Of a DNA stretch of 64,000 bases, positions 9,799 to 17,751 are shown piece by piece. The stretch's first letter is position 1; each line of letters begins with the position of its first letter. The notes beneath the pieces are model-generated. The model was not told where the DNA came from and did no database searches. It saw nothing but the letters and a program-made list of their open reading frames with translations. The stretch is from Alphaproteobacteria bacterium (GTDB lineage Bacteria; Pseudomonadota; Alphaproteobacteria; Rs-D84). The stretch covers positions 17,660 through 81,659 of the forward strand of contig JAVBPX010000005.1 in the NCBI GenBank assembly GCA_031549365.1. The letters are read 5' to 3'. The position numbers were made by a program, and so were the translations under genes.

Positions 9799-10680
9799 AT
9801 GAATGCGATTGAATTGTTTTTGGAAATGTTGTCGGCAGAACGTGGTCGCGCAAAATTAACATTGGAATCATACGAATCCGATTTAACCGCAATTTATAAT
9901 GAATTGGGCGATTTGACCCAGCTATCCACACACGATATTCAAAATTATTTCATGAAATTATTAAATGAAAATATGGCCGCAACTTCCATCGCACGCAAGG
10001 CTTCGGCATTGCGCCAATTTTATAAATTTATGAATTTGGAAAAATGGATGGATAAAAATCCAATGGCCGGCGTTGAACTACCAAAACGCCAAAAATCATT
10101 ACCAAAATATTTGGATGAATCCGACATTACATCATTAATAAATTCAGCCGAAGACATTAAAAACACCAAACGTTTGCGCGCCATGATCGAATTATTATAC
10201 GCATCGGGATTGCGGGTTTCCGAACTGGTATCCTTGCCCATGTCTGCTGTATTAAATGATAAATTATTAATACACGGCAAGGGATCCAAAGAACGCATGG
10301 TCCCAATTCACAACACCGCGCGTCGCGCATTGGATGAATATTTTGTTGTGCGCCCTGCATTTATTCCAAATGGACGCAAAGCATCCCCATTTGTATTCCC
10401 CAGTGCATCCGAATCCGGGCATTTGACCCGTGATGGTTTTTATAAAATTTTAAAAAAGTGCGCGGTACTGTCCGGCATTGACCCATTGCGCGTATCGCCC
10501 CACGTTTTACGACATTCTTTTGCTTCGCATTTATTGGCCCATGGTGCAAATTTGCGCGCAATTCAAACTATGCTCGGGCACGAAGATATTGCAACAACGC
10601 AAATTTATACCCATGTATTGCCGCAACATTTGGTTGATGCCGTTCAATCGCATCATCCGTTATCTGGGAAAAAATTATGA
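9799..10680 (+). CDS. xerD: tyrosine recombinase XerD/XerC
   Basis: RLRAMIELLYASGLRVSELVSL ... HVLRHSFASHLLAHGANLRAIQTMLGHEDIATTQIYTHV (R..H..R..Y catalytic signature). Confidence 0.8.
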   Translation: MNAIELFLEMLSAERGRAKLTLESYESDLTAIYNELGDLTQLSTHDIQNYFMKLLNENMAATSIARKASALRQFYKFMNLEKWMDKNPMAGVELPKRQKSLPKYLDESDITSLINSAEDIKNTKRLRAMIELLYASGLRVSELVSLPMSAVLNDKLLIHGKGSKERMVPIHNTARRALDEYFVVRPAFIPNGRKASPFVFPSASESGHLTRDGFYKILKKCAVLSGIDPLRVSPHVLRHSFASHLLAHGANLRAIQTMLGHEDIATTQIYTHVLPQHLVDAVQSHHPLSGKKL

Positions 10681-11165
10681 AAGTACAAAAATGCGATTTT
10701 CCAAATTGTACAAAATTGGGCAACTGTCGCGCGCCCAAGGATCGCAAATTAAACGAATATTATATGTTTTGTTCAAAACATGCCGCCGAATATAATAAAA
10801 ATTGGAATTATTATTCGGGGATGAGCGAATCTGAAATAAACGCAGATTGGGAACGACAAACATTTGGTCCACATCCATTCGAATCATTTCATGATGATCA
10901 TCATTTGGATTTTTTACGCGCTTATCTATCCGATTCGCGTGCTGGGACAAAAAAAATATTATCCCCAAACGCCGCACAAAACCGTGCATTAAAAACACTG
11001 GAACTAAATTGGCCAACTACAATGGTTGACATTCAAAAACAATACCGAAAACTGGCAAAAAAATATCATCCTGATACTTCTGCTTCTGCCAATTCTCAAA
11101 AAATATTCCAAGAGATTGCGGCCGCATACGACACATTATCAAAATGGTTAAAACCAGTAAAATAG
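10677..11165 (+). CDS. J-domain protein with Cys-rich N-terminus
   Basis: C-terminal J domain (DIQKQYRKLAKKYHPD); N-terminal C-x4-C-x5-C...C-x2-H cluster; start overlaps the xerD stop (ATGA). Confidence 0.6.
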   Translation: MKVQKCDFPNCTKLGNCRAPKDRKLNEYYMFCSKHAAEYNKNWNYYSGMSESEINADWERQTFGPHPFESFHDDHHLDFLRAYLSDSRAGTKKILSPNAAQNRALKTLELNWPTTMVDIQKQYRKLAKKYHPDTSASANSQKIFQEIAAAYDTLSKWLKPVK

Positions 11166-11202
11166 CCTTGTTTTTTTTCGTTATATTTCCTAGAATATTC
11201 AC

Positions 11203-12021
11203 ATGAGAAAAATTATTCCATTTTTATTATCCGCCATTATTGCAATGCCCGCCATTGCGTTGGAACCGTTTTTTTTGGACGAAATGGAAGATACTACATC
11301 AGATCAACCATCCGCCACTATTATTGACGAGCCAACATTTGTTGATCAATTTTCGGATGATCAGTTGCCAGATATAATGTATTTGGATGACGGTCAAGAT
11401 TTTGCAAACGTTCGCATGTTTGATATTGCCGGAATATTTTTGGGCATGCAATTCGAAGATGTACAAACATTATTTTATAAAACCCGGGGTTTGTATGCGC
11501 CCGTGGATAAAAATTCAATCAAATATTCAATACCAAAAGAATGGCGATATAATTTGGATTATGAATGTCGCCAGGGCGGAATTTACATCCCGGCCGAGGT
11601 TGAACGTTGTATCCAATCGTCCGCCAAAAAACGTGGATTTTTGTATCCCGCAGAAATGCATTTGGTTCGTAAAAAAACCGGCGAAAACATATATGTTTAT
11701 TTCACATCAAATTTAACGAATAATAATGTGTGGAAAATTGTATACCAAAACGATGTGGACGAGGTTGAGGGGTTGGACGAAAAATTTGAATACCAACGGG
11801 AAAAGAAAATATTAACATTTTGGCAATCAGTATTGGATAAATATGGCGCGCCAAATTCTGGAACTGCCGCTTGGATTTCATCCGACAACCCGTTCGATCC
11901 GATGATGGAGGCCGCATACGGCGAATTAATACTCCAAGATCGTTCAATGCATGCCAATGATATTAACGAAAATACGCTGGATTCACGGGCCAGATTCCAA
12001 TCCAAACCTTATGCTTTCTGA
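11203..12021 (+). CDS. secreted hypothetical protein
   Basis: Signal peptide MRKIIPFLLSAIIAMPAIALEP; acidic N-terminal region; no recognisable domain. Confidence 0.5.
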   Translation: MRKIIPFLLSAIIAMPAIALEPFFLDEMEDTTSDQPSATIIDEPTFVDQFSDDQLPDIMYLDDGQDFANVRMFDIAGIFLGMQFEDVQTLFYKTRGLYAPVDKNSIKYSIPKEWRYNLDYECRQGGIYIPAEVERCIQSSAKKRGFLYPAEMHLVRKKTGENIYVYFTSNLTNNNVWKIVYQNDVDEVEGLDEKFEYQREKKILTFWQSVLDKYGAPNSGTAAWISSDNPFDPMMEAAYGELILQDRSMHANDINENTLDSRARFQSKPYAF

Positions 12022-12025
12022 TAAT

Positions 12026-12065
12026 GTTAATTTCAGGAAAATTAAAAATTTACTACGAAATTAAC
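12026..12065. repeat. 40-bp palindromic intergenic element (copy 5)
   Basis: gttaatttcaggaaaattaaaaatttactacgaaattaac. Confidence 0.7.
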
Positions 12066-12133
12066 AAATGTAACAAAAAAACAAACACATTTATATTTTA
12101 GTTGTCATTGATGACAATTACAGCTATACAAAA

Positions 12134-12457
12134 CTATTGTTTGAATACTATTTTTTTGATTGTTTCCGAACCATAATAATTATTAATTTTTTCCAACAAT
12201 TCGCGTTGCCGAAACGATAAAACCATGGCGGATGCAGGCGTTGTTAATTTTAAAGTTAATGTTCGCCCATCTTTGTTCGATGATAATTTATCAACAACCA
12301 TTTGTAATGCCAGATCGGGTCCAACAATTGTTTCCCAATGATTTTTTAAATCGAAATCACCAATATTACCGCCCAATTCCCGAACAACATGATTTAATCG
12401 TGACGCCAGTGTCATTGGCCGGGATTTACGTTGATCAAAATCCGGCTTTTTTGCCAT
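12134..12457 (-). CDS. DUF721/DciA-like protein
   Basis: W.ETIVGPDLALQ...DGRTLTLKLTTPASAMVLSFRQRELLEKIN...IKKIVF matches the DUF721 pattern (W.EVVG..IA...L.DG.L.V.V.SSAWA.EL.F....LL..LN....V..I.F). Confidence 0.55.
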   Translation of the reverse strand: MAKKPDFDQRKSRPMTLASRLNHVVRELGGNIGDFDLKNHWETIVGPDLALQMVVDKLSSNKDGRTLTLKLTTPASAMVLSFRQRELLEKINNYYGSETIKKIVFKQ

Positions 12458-13398
12458 TATTCGTCCCCCTCGATCAAAGCGACCGGGCCATCGGTTACAT
12501 ATAAACTCTTTTTATTCTCGGCGTCATCCAAAACCAATTTTTGTAATTTTTCGAATGCGCGTTCTTCAATTTGACGAACACGTTCGCGTGAAATATTATA
12601 TTTTTCGGATAATTGTTCCAACGTTTGAACAGGATCGGAAAGTCGTCTGGATTTTAAAATATCCTGTTCCCGATCAGTCAATTTTTTCATATTATTTTTT
12701 AATAACTCTGCCCCCAACGTAGCCAATTCTTTTTGGTCCAAACGTTCATCAATTGTAATATTATCGCCCGCCAAATTATCAATCATTTCGGACGCATCAT
12801 CGCCGGACCCACGTGGCGAATTTAATGACACATCGCGACCCATCCGAGATGCCATGCGTTCAACATCGGATTCAGACACATTTAAATAATTTGCGATTTG
12901 TCCAACAGATTCATTCGACAAACGATTATCCATAATTCCCAATTCACGTTTTGCCCGTGCCAGGTTGAAAAACAACCTTTTTTGATTACTGCTGCTGCCG
13001 ATTTTAACAATCGACCAATTGTTTAAAATCGTTTCGTAAATCGCAGCACGAATCCACCATAACGCATACGTTGTTAAACGAAATCCGCGTTCGGGGTCGA
13101 ATTTTTTAACGGCCTGCATTAATCCCATGTTGCCCTCGGCAATTAGATCGGACATTGGAATACCGTAATTTTTGAATTCATACGCAACGGACACAACCAA
13201 TCGCAAATGCGAAGTAACCAAACGTTCGGCCGCCATTGTGTCATGATCCCGCTGCCAACGGGTTGCCATTGTGTATTCTTCCTCGGCTGACAATATGGGG
13301 AAGCGCTGAATATCACGAATATATTGTTCCAAACCAACTTCGTCGCTGACACCGCGAACGGCCATCAACGATTGATTCGGATTGTTCTTTTTGCTCAT
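12457..13398 (-). CDS. rpoH: RNA polymerase sigma-32 factor RpoH
   Basis: RpoH box QKRLFFNLARAKRE; sigma-70 regions 2-4. The longest ORF extends to 13416; start at MSKKNN chosen. Confidence 0.85.
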   Translation of the reverse strand: MSKKNNPNQSLMAVRGVSDEVGLEQYIRDIQRFPILSAEEEYTMATRWQRDHDTMAAERLVTSHLRLVVSVAYEFKNYGIPMSDLIAEGNMGLMQAVKKFDPERGFRLTTYALWWIRAAIYETILNNWSIVKIGSSSNQKRLFFNLARAKRELGIMDNRLSNESVGQIANYLNVSESDVERMASRMGRDVSLNSPRGSGDDASEMIDNLAGDNITIDERLDQKELATLGAELLKNNMKKLTDREQDILKSRRLSDPVQTLEQLSEKYNISRERVRQIEERAFEKLQKLVLDDAENKKSLYVTDGPVALIEGDE

Positions 13399-13451
13399 AG
13401 ATATATTATAGCACAAAACGCCAAATTTTCAATTGGTATAAAGTCTTAAAG

Positions 13452-13568
13452 TTAATTAACGGGATAAGTCCGGGGGAAATTCTTGCCACTTGGATGATCT
13501 GGGGCCGATTTAACACCGCACCCAACCACAATAAACGCCAATAAAATCAGTAATAATGCCTTTTTCAT
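13452..13568 (-). CDS. small putative lipoprotein (38 aa)
   Basis: MKKALLLILLAFIVVGCGVKSAPDHPSGKNFPRTYPVN; lipobox VVGC; internal start of the longer ORF 13452-13724. Confidence 0.3.
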   Translation of the reverse strand: MKKALLLILLAFIVVGCGVKSAPDHPSGKNFPRTYPVN

Positions 13569-13593
13569 GTATATATATTGCATTACTTTTATT

Positions 13594-13665
13594 GTTAATT
13601 CAAGAAAAATCCAAGATTTCACTCTCGTTAAAACCAGAATAATTGAAATTATTTTTGGTTTTAAC
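13594..13665. repeat. composite/tandem variant of the palindromic element (copy 6)
   Basis: gttaattcaagaaaaatccaagatttcactctc + gttaaaaccagaataattgaaattatttttggttttaac (second unit has its own inverted repeat gttaaaacca/tggttttaac). Confidence 0.6.
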
Positions 13666-13841
13666 AGCCGTGCAATTATAAATATCTTGAAATTTCGATA
13701 AAATTCTTTATTATGTCGGTACATTGCCCGGATGGTGAGGCATAAAATGAATGTTAATAATATTCATTTTTGCGTAATAGAAACAACAAATTTTTAATTT
13801 GCATGTTTCGTTGCGAACCTTTTGGACAAAAAAGTAAATCG

Positions 13842-13928
13842 GCCCGGATGGCGGAATTGGTAGACGCGCTAGTTTCAGGTACTAGTGAACGCAAGTTCAT
13901 GGAGGTTCGAGTCCTCTTTCGGGCACCA
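13842..13928 (+). tRNA. tRNA-Leu (anticodon CAG)
   Basis: 87 nt; GCCCGGA acceptor, long variable arm, anticodon loop TTCAGGT, encoded CCA. Confidence 0.85.
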
Positions 13929-13935
13929 TCAATAG

Positions 13936-13962
13936 TAAAAACCGGCAATCTGCCGGTTTTTT
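13936..13962. terminator. bidirectional rho-independent terminator (tRNA-Leu / ppiB)
   Basis: aaaaaccggcaatctgccggtttttt. Confidence 0.65.
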
Positions 13963-13968
13963 ATTTAC

Positions 13969-14511
13969 TTATTTTTTAGCAATATCCGAACGCATTTTTA
14001 TAATTTTGTCCGGATTTGTTACAGTGCCGCTGCCGGGTGCGCCACGTTTGATTTTATCAACGTATTCCATGCCGGATGTAACATTACCCCAAACGGTATA
14101 TTGCCCATCCAAAAATATTGCATCATCAAAACAGATGAAAAATTGGCTGTCCCCGCTGTTTACATCGTTTGAACGCGCCATTGAAACAGTTCCGCGGACG
14201 TGTGGTTCGCGTGAAAATTCGGCCTTTAACTTTTTTCCGGATCCGCCCATGCCGGTTCCCGTTGGATCACCGGTTTGGGCCATAAATCCATCAATCACAC
14301 GGTGAAAAACAATGCCATCATAAAATCCAGAATCCGCCAATTCAACAATACGTTTTACGTGTTCCGGTGCCAAATCCGGGCGTAATTTAATTTCAACAGT
14401 TCCGTCTTTTAATTCCAGGTATAACATTTTTGCCTCCGTCGTTTTTGCAAATGCATTTGTTGATATAAATATTGCGACAATTAATGCCAATATGTATTTT
14501 AAATATTTCAT
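13969..14511 (-). CDS. ppiB: peptidyl-prolyl cis-trans isomerase (cyclophilin type), secreted
   Basis: HRVIDGFMAQTGDPTGTGMGG...GTVSMARSNDVNSGDSQFFICF; signal peptide MKYLKYILALIVAIFISTNAFA. Confidence 0.85.
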   Translation of the reverse strand: MKYLKYILALIVAIFISTNAFAKTTEAKMLYLELKDGTVEIKLRPDLAPEHVKRIVELADSGFYDGIVFHRVIDGFMAQTGDPTGTGMGGSGKKLKAEFSREPHVRGTVSMARSNDVNSGDSQFFICFDDAIFLDGQYTVWGNVTSGMEYVDKIKRGAPGSGTVTNPDKIIKMRSDIAKK

Positions 14512-14589
14512 TTTATCCCCCCGTTTAATCCATGCCAACACTGTACAATTATTTATATAATTGGTCAATTAAATTAATAATACATTTAT

Positions 14590-14629
14590 GTTAATTCCAG
14601 AATAATTAAAAATTATTTCCGGAATTAAC
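14590..14629. repeat. 40-bp palindromic intergenic element (copy 7)
   Basis: gttaattccagaataattaaaaattatttccggaattaac. Confidence 0.7.
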
Positions 14630-14739
14630 AATATAAAAAACAGATAAAAATACAAATTAAATATGTCACAACCATTAAAAAACCGGCCAAATGACCGGTT
14701 ATCCCTCAGGGTCAAAACCCCATGGCAATCATTGCAATA

Positions 14740-15441
14740 CTACAATGTATTCAAATATTCGCGATAACGTTGGTCGCATATTTGTTTAATTTTTTCTTGG
14801 CCACGTTCGTTTAAATGAATTCCATCCACACACATATAGTCGCTATATTTTGGAATCGCCAATAATGTTTCACGAACAGGCACAGTCGCCAAATTATATG
14901 ACGCTGCAATATTTTCCAACGCGCTTGCATACAATTCTTGGTGACGATAAATTCGACTCTTGTCCCCCAAAAATTCCATTAAGCGTGCGGCGCGTCCATG
15001 ATCAGCGCCAACAATCCAATTAAAATAACGATCCGAATCAATTGGTGGCAAAGTCATAATAACCGGGCGCTTTCCTGAATTTAAAACACGTTCGATTATT
15101 TCACGTACGTTTTTCTTGAATTCCGCATATGGTGTGTTTGGCAAATGTTCCGCGTAAGGTTTTTCACAAACTGCATCCCAATTATAATCACAATCATTTC
15201 CGCCCAATTCCAATAATACTATGTCCGATTCATCTTCCAATACGCGGGGCAATTTTTCCATCGCTTTGGCGGTTGTGCATCCGAATGCAGCCTGATTATT
15301 GATTTCGACTTGATTGCTGCTGCCGAATAAATTTGCAGCACTATCCTTTAAAAAACGGTATTTGCCAATCAATTCGTCAAATATAACGCCTTTTAAAATG
15401 GAATCCCCAATGATTCCTATTTTCTTTCTGATGTTTTCCAT
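14740..15441 (-). CDS. SGNH/GDSL-family hydrolase
   Basis: GDSI(L) block IGIIGDSILKG and GGNDC block; start at MENIRKK verified on the sequence. Confidence 0.6.
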   Translation of the reverse strand: MENIRKKIGIIGDSILKGVIFDELIGKYRFLKDSAANLFGSSNQVEINNQAAFGCTTAKAMEKLPRVLEDESDIVLLELGGNDCDYNWDAVCEKPYAEHLPNTPYAEFKKNVREIIERVLNSGKRPVIMTLPPIDSDRYFNWIVGADHGRAARLMEFLGDKSRIYRHQELYASALENIAASYNLATVPVRETLLAIPKYSDYMCVDGIHLNERGQEKIKQICDQRYREYLNTL

Positions 15442-15562
15442 ATTTTCCCCTATGGTTTTGGTCAACGGTATATTATATAACCCAAAATACCAATAAAACA
15501 AGTTTGTTTTTAAATTCCGCTTTGCTTTTTATTTGGCTTTTGTAATAATCATCCGGCAACAA

Positions 15563-16462
15563 ATGGAAAATGATATGAATTTCGATGAAATAATTTTAAA
15601 ATTAAAACCACAAAATCCGAAAAAAATCGCCGTGGTGGCCGCACACGATGACACAGTATTGAATGCGATTAACAATGGATATAAATTGGGATTTATCACA
15701 CCAATTTTGTGCGGAAATGCGGAAAAAATCGTGAAAATCGCGGACGCCCAAAATATCGATATTTCAAATTTTGAAATTATAAATTGTGAAAATGATTCTG
15801 AATGCGCAAATATCGCCGTTGAATTAATTCGAAACAAACGCGCCGATATTTTAATGAAAGGATTAATCCCAACCGCCGATCTGTTACGCGCTGTATTAAA
15901 TCGCGAAACCGGGATACGAGGAAATGGAATTTTATCGCATGTATCTGTTTTACAATCACCGTTACGCGATAAACCAATTTTTATGACAGACGTTGCAATG
16001 GTTACATATCCTGATTTATCAACCAAGGTCGAATTAATAAACAATGCTGTTAAATTTGCCCGCGCAATGGGGCTTGAAACACCATTGGTGGCGGCATTGG
16101 CCGCGGTCGAGGTTGTAAACCCAAATATGCCAGCAACAATTGAAGCAAACGAATTAAAACAAATGAATAAACTAGGCGAAATTAAAAACTGTATCGTTGA
16201 TGGCCCATTGGCGTTTGATTTGGCCGTATCGTCGGACGCAGCGGAACACAAGGGCTATAAATCAGATGTTGCCGGAAATGCCGACGTATTATTATTTCAT
16301 AATATCGAGGCCGGAAATTCAACGTTAAAGGCCATGACCCATTTCGGAGGGTGTTTATTTGGCGGTATCGTAATGGGTGCTTTGGCCCCAATCGTATTGA
16401 ATTCACGATCTGATTCCGAACAATCAAAATTGTATTCGATTGCCTGTGCCTGTTCCCTGTAA
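15563..16462 (+). CDS. phosphate acetyl/butyryltransferase family protein (PTA_PTB)
   Basis: ~300 aa; VAAHDD...IPTADLLRAVLNRETGIR...SHVSVL...MTDVAMVTYPD pattern of Pta/Ptb. Confidence 0.65.
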   Translation: MENDMNFDEIILKLKPQNPKKIAVVAAHDDTVLNAINNGYKLGFITPILCGNAEKIVKIADAQNIDISNFEIINCENDSECANIAVELIRNKRADILMKGLIPTADLLRAVLNRETGIRGNGILSHVSVLQSPLRDKPIFMTDVAMVTYPDLSTKVELINNAVKFARAMGLETPLVAALAAVEVVNPNMPATIEANELKQMNKLGEIKNCIVDGPLAFDLAVSSDAAEHKGYKSDVAGNADVLLFHNIEAGNSTLKAMTHFGGCLFGGIVMGALAPIVLNSRSDSEQSKLYSIACACSL

Positions 16463-16569
16463 ATTTATGCAATTTATACGCGAAAAATATCTTTTTGAGG
16501 AAACCGTGGAAAACGCATAAAAAGTGTGATATAATCAGCACGATATTCAAAAAATATGGGGTATTTATT

Positions 16570-17148
16570 ATGGCCGCAAAACCAGTACAAAAATTAACTT
16601 TCAAAAAGGATCAATTCGTCGTGTATCCAACACACGGGGTTGGTAAAATATTAAAGATAGAAGAGCAAAACATTGCCGGGCAAAAGGTTGAATTGATTGT
16701 AATTGAATTCGAAAAAAACCGCATGATTCTGCGCGTCCCCGTGGAAAAGGCCGAAGTAGCGGGACTGCGCCCATTGGTTACCGCCAAAAATATGGACGAA
16801 GCAATTCAATCCGCCAAAAAATCGGCATCTGCCAAACGCGTAATTTGGTCCCGACGCGCCCAACAATACGAAGAAAAAATCAATTCGGGCAACCCAATGG
16901 AATTGGCCGATGTGATTCGCGATTTACAAAGACGCGATTCGACCGATATACAAACTTTTTCTGGTCGTCAAATTTATATGCGTGCCCTGGAACGCATGGC
17001 CCAAGAATTTGCAGCAATTCATAAAATCCCGGTTGATGACGCCGAAGAAAAGATTGAAAAAATATTGGGCGTGCCCAAGGAAATCGATCTGGACGCCGTT
17101 GGATTGGATGACGAAGATGGTATTGATTCCAGCGCGGACGAGGAATAA
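16570..17148 (+). CDS. CarD/CdnL-family transcriptional regulator
   Basis: FKKDQFVVYPTHGVGKILKIEEQNIAGQKVELIVIEF...LRVPV (RNA polymerase-interacting domain); acidic C-terminal tail. Confidence 0.75.
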   Translation: MAAKPVQKLTFKKDQFVVYPTHGVGKILKIEEQNIAGQKVELIVIEFEKNRMILRVPVEKAEVAGLRPLVTAKNMDEAIQSAKKSASAKRVIWSRRAQQYEEKINSGNPMELADVIRDLQRRDSTDIQTFSGRQIYMRALERMAQEFAAIHKIPVDDAEEKIEKILGVPKEIDLDAVGLDDEDGIDSSADEE

Positions 17149-17239
17149 TTGATTCTTTTTGTGTGATCGTTATAGCAAATCATTAATTTTTTCTGGATTT
17201 TTTGAAAAATATCGCCAAAATATGCGTATTCGTTAACAT

Positions 17240-17314
17240 GTCCCCATCGTCTAGGGGTTAGGACGCCAGATTCTCATTCTGGAAACACGGGTTCAATTCC
17301 CGTTGGGGATGCCA
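17240..17314 (+). tRNA. tRNA-Glu (anticodon read as CTC)
   Basis: GTCCCCATCGTCTAGGGGTTAGGAC...TTCAATTCCCGTTGGGGATGCCA resembles bacterial tRNA-Glu; discriminator G; anticodon loop TTCTCAT. Confidence 0.8.
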
Positions 17315-17324
17315 ATTATTTTAA

Positions 17325-17352
17325 ACATGCCCGAAATGGGCATTTTAAAATA
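17325..17352 (+). terminator. hairpin terminator after tRNA-Glu
   Basis: aaacatgcccgaaatgggcattttaaaa. Confidence 0.6.
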
Positions 17353-17358
17353 AATTAT

Positions 17359-17377
17359 ATCCAACCCGGGAAACAAC
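17359..17377. repeat. direct repeat atccaacccgggaaacaac (left copy; right copy at 17644-17663)
   Basis: 19/20 nt identical copies bracket the repeat mosaic 17377-17640. Confidence 0.6.
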
Positions 17378-17427
17378 GCACCCACCATCTGGCGACACTG
17401 CGTTTGCCAGAATGGATGTGCTATTTC
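17377..17427. repeat. 'B' element (cgcacc...gaatggatgtgctatttc), copy 1
   Basis: Shares the conserved ends acaacgcacc and gaaatggaYgtgctatttc with 59254-59309; followed by the palindrome ctatatgattgttaatcatatag (17431-17453). Confidence 0.5.
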
Positions 17428-17461
17428 GAACTATATGATTGTTAATCATATAGTTACTACA

Positions 17462-17475
17462 CGTTGGGGATGCCA
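17462..17475 (+). repeat. duplicated 3' end of tRNA-Glu (cgttggggatgcca)
   Basis: 14-nt exact copy of tRNA-Glu positions 17301-17314, lying 147 nt downstream of the gene (att-like scar). Confidence 0.6.
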
Positions 17476-17520
17476 CTAAATTTATCTAAATTCATTATCT
17501 AAACACATTTCTCATTTTTT

Positions 17521-17566
17521 GCGCGGGTCACGTACCGCGTGTACGCTCCGCCGCGTCAAAAAATTT
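17521..17566. repeat. gtac-core element (core-only member of the ~105-bp hairpin family)
   Basis: gcgcgggtcacgtaccgcgtgtacgctccgccgcgtcaaaaaat; compare 58836-58880 and the cores at 59437 and 63573. Confidence 0.5.
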
Positions 17567-17686
17567 CGGAAATGCGCTTATCTAATAAATTTTTATAAAT
17601 TTAAGTTGATTAGCTCTAAAAAACCAATATAAAATTAAAACTATCCAACCCGGGAAAACAACAAAGTATATAACTTTTCTTTCTGC

Positions 17687-17716
17687 TTGAAAAAAAATCA
17701 TGTTATCTATTATAAT
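17687..17716 (+). promoter_or_regulatory. putative sigma-70 promoter of the DUF1015 gene
   Basis: ttgaaa - 18 nt - tataat; AAGGAG RBS at 17739. Confidence 0.4.
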
Positions 17717-17751
17717 GCCGGGACTTATTAATCAAGCAAAGGAGCAGTCCC

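Noticed and set aside
12457-13416. Longest-ORF start for rpoH (13416) and ORF-track starts for adk (5605), ppiB (14568), mreB (40570), mltA (45337), rsmG (49185), dacA (54158), TPR (49014)
   Set aside because: The ORF track extends to the most upstream alternative start (TTG/GTG accepted). Internal ATGs that give canonical N-termini, signal peptides or RBS spacing were preferred.
13452-13490. 'aagtccggg' motif resembling the RNase P RNA conserved region
   Set aside because: It lies inside the reverse complement of the small lipoprotein ORF; no P4 helix or other RNase P elements nearby. Coincidence.
4801-14629. Palindromic elements as a CRISPR array
   Set aside because: They are individually palindromic, separated by whole genes (0.3-3.5 kb), and not direct repeats with uniform short spacers. 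No cas genes.
15529-16604. Minus-strand ORFs 15529-16251 (240 aa) and 16182-16604 (140 aa)
   Set aside because: They overlap the well-supported pta-family and carD genes on the opposite strand. Low-complexity composition typical of antisense ORFs in AT-rich DNA.
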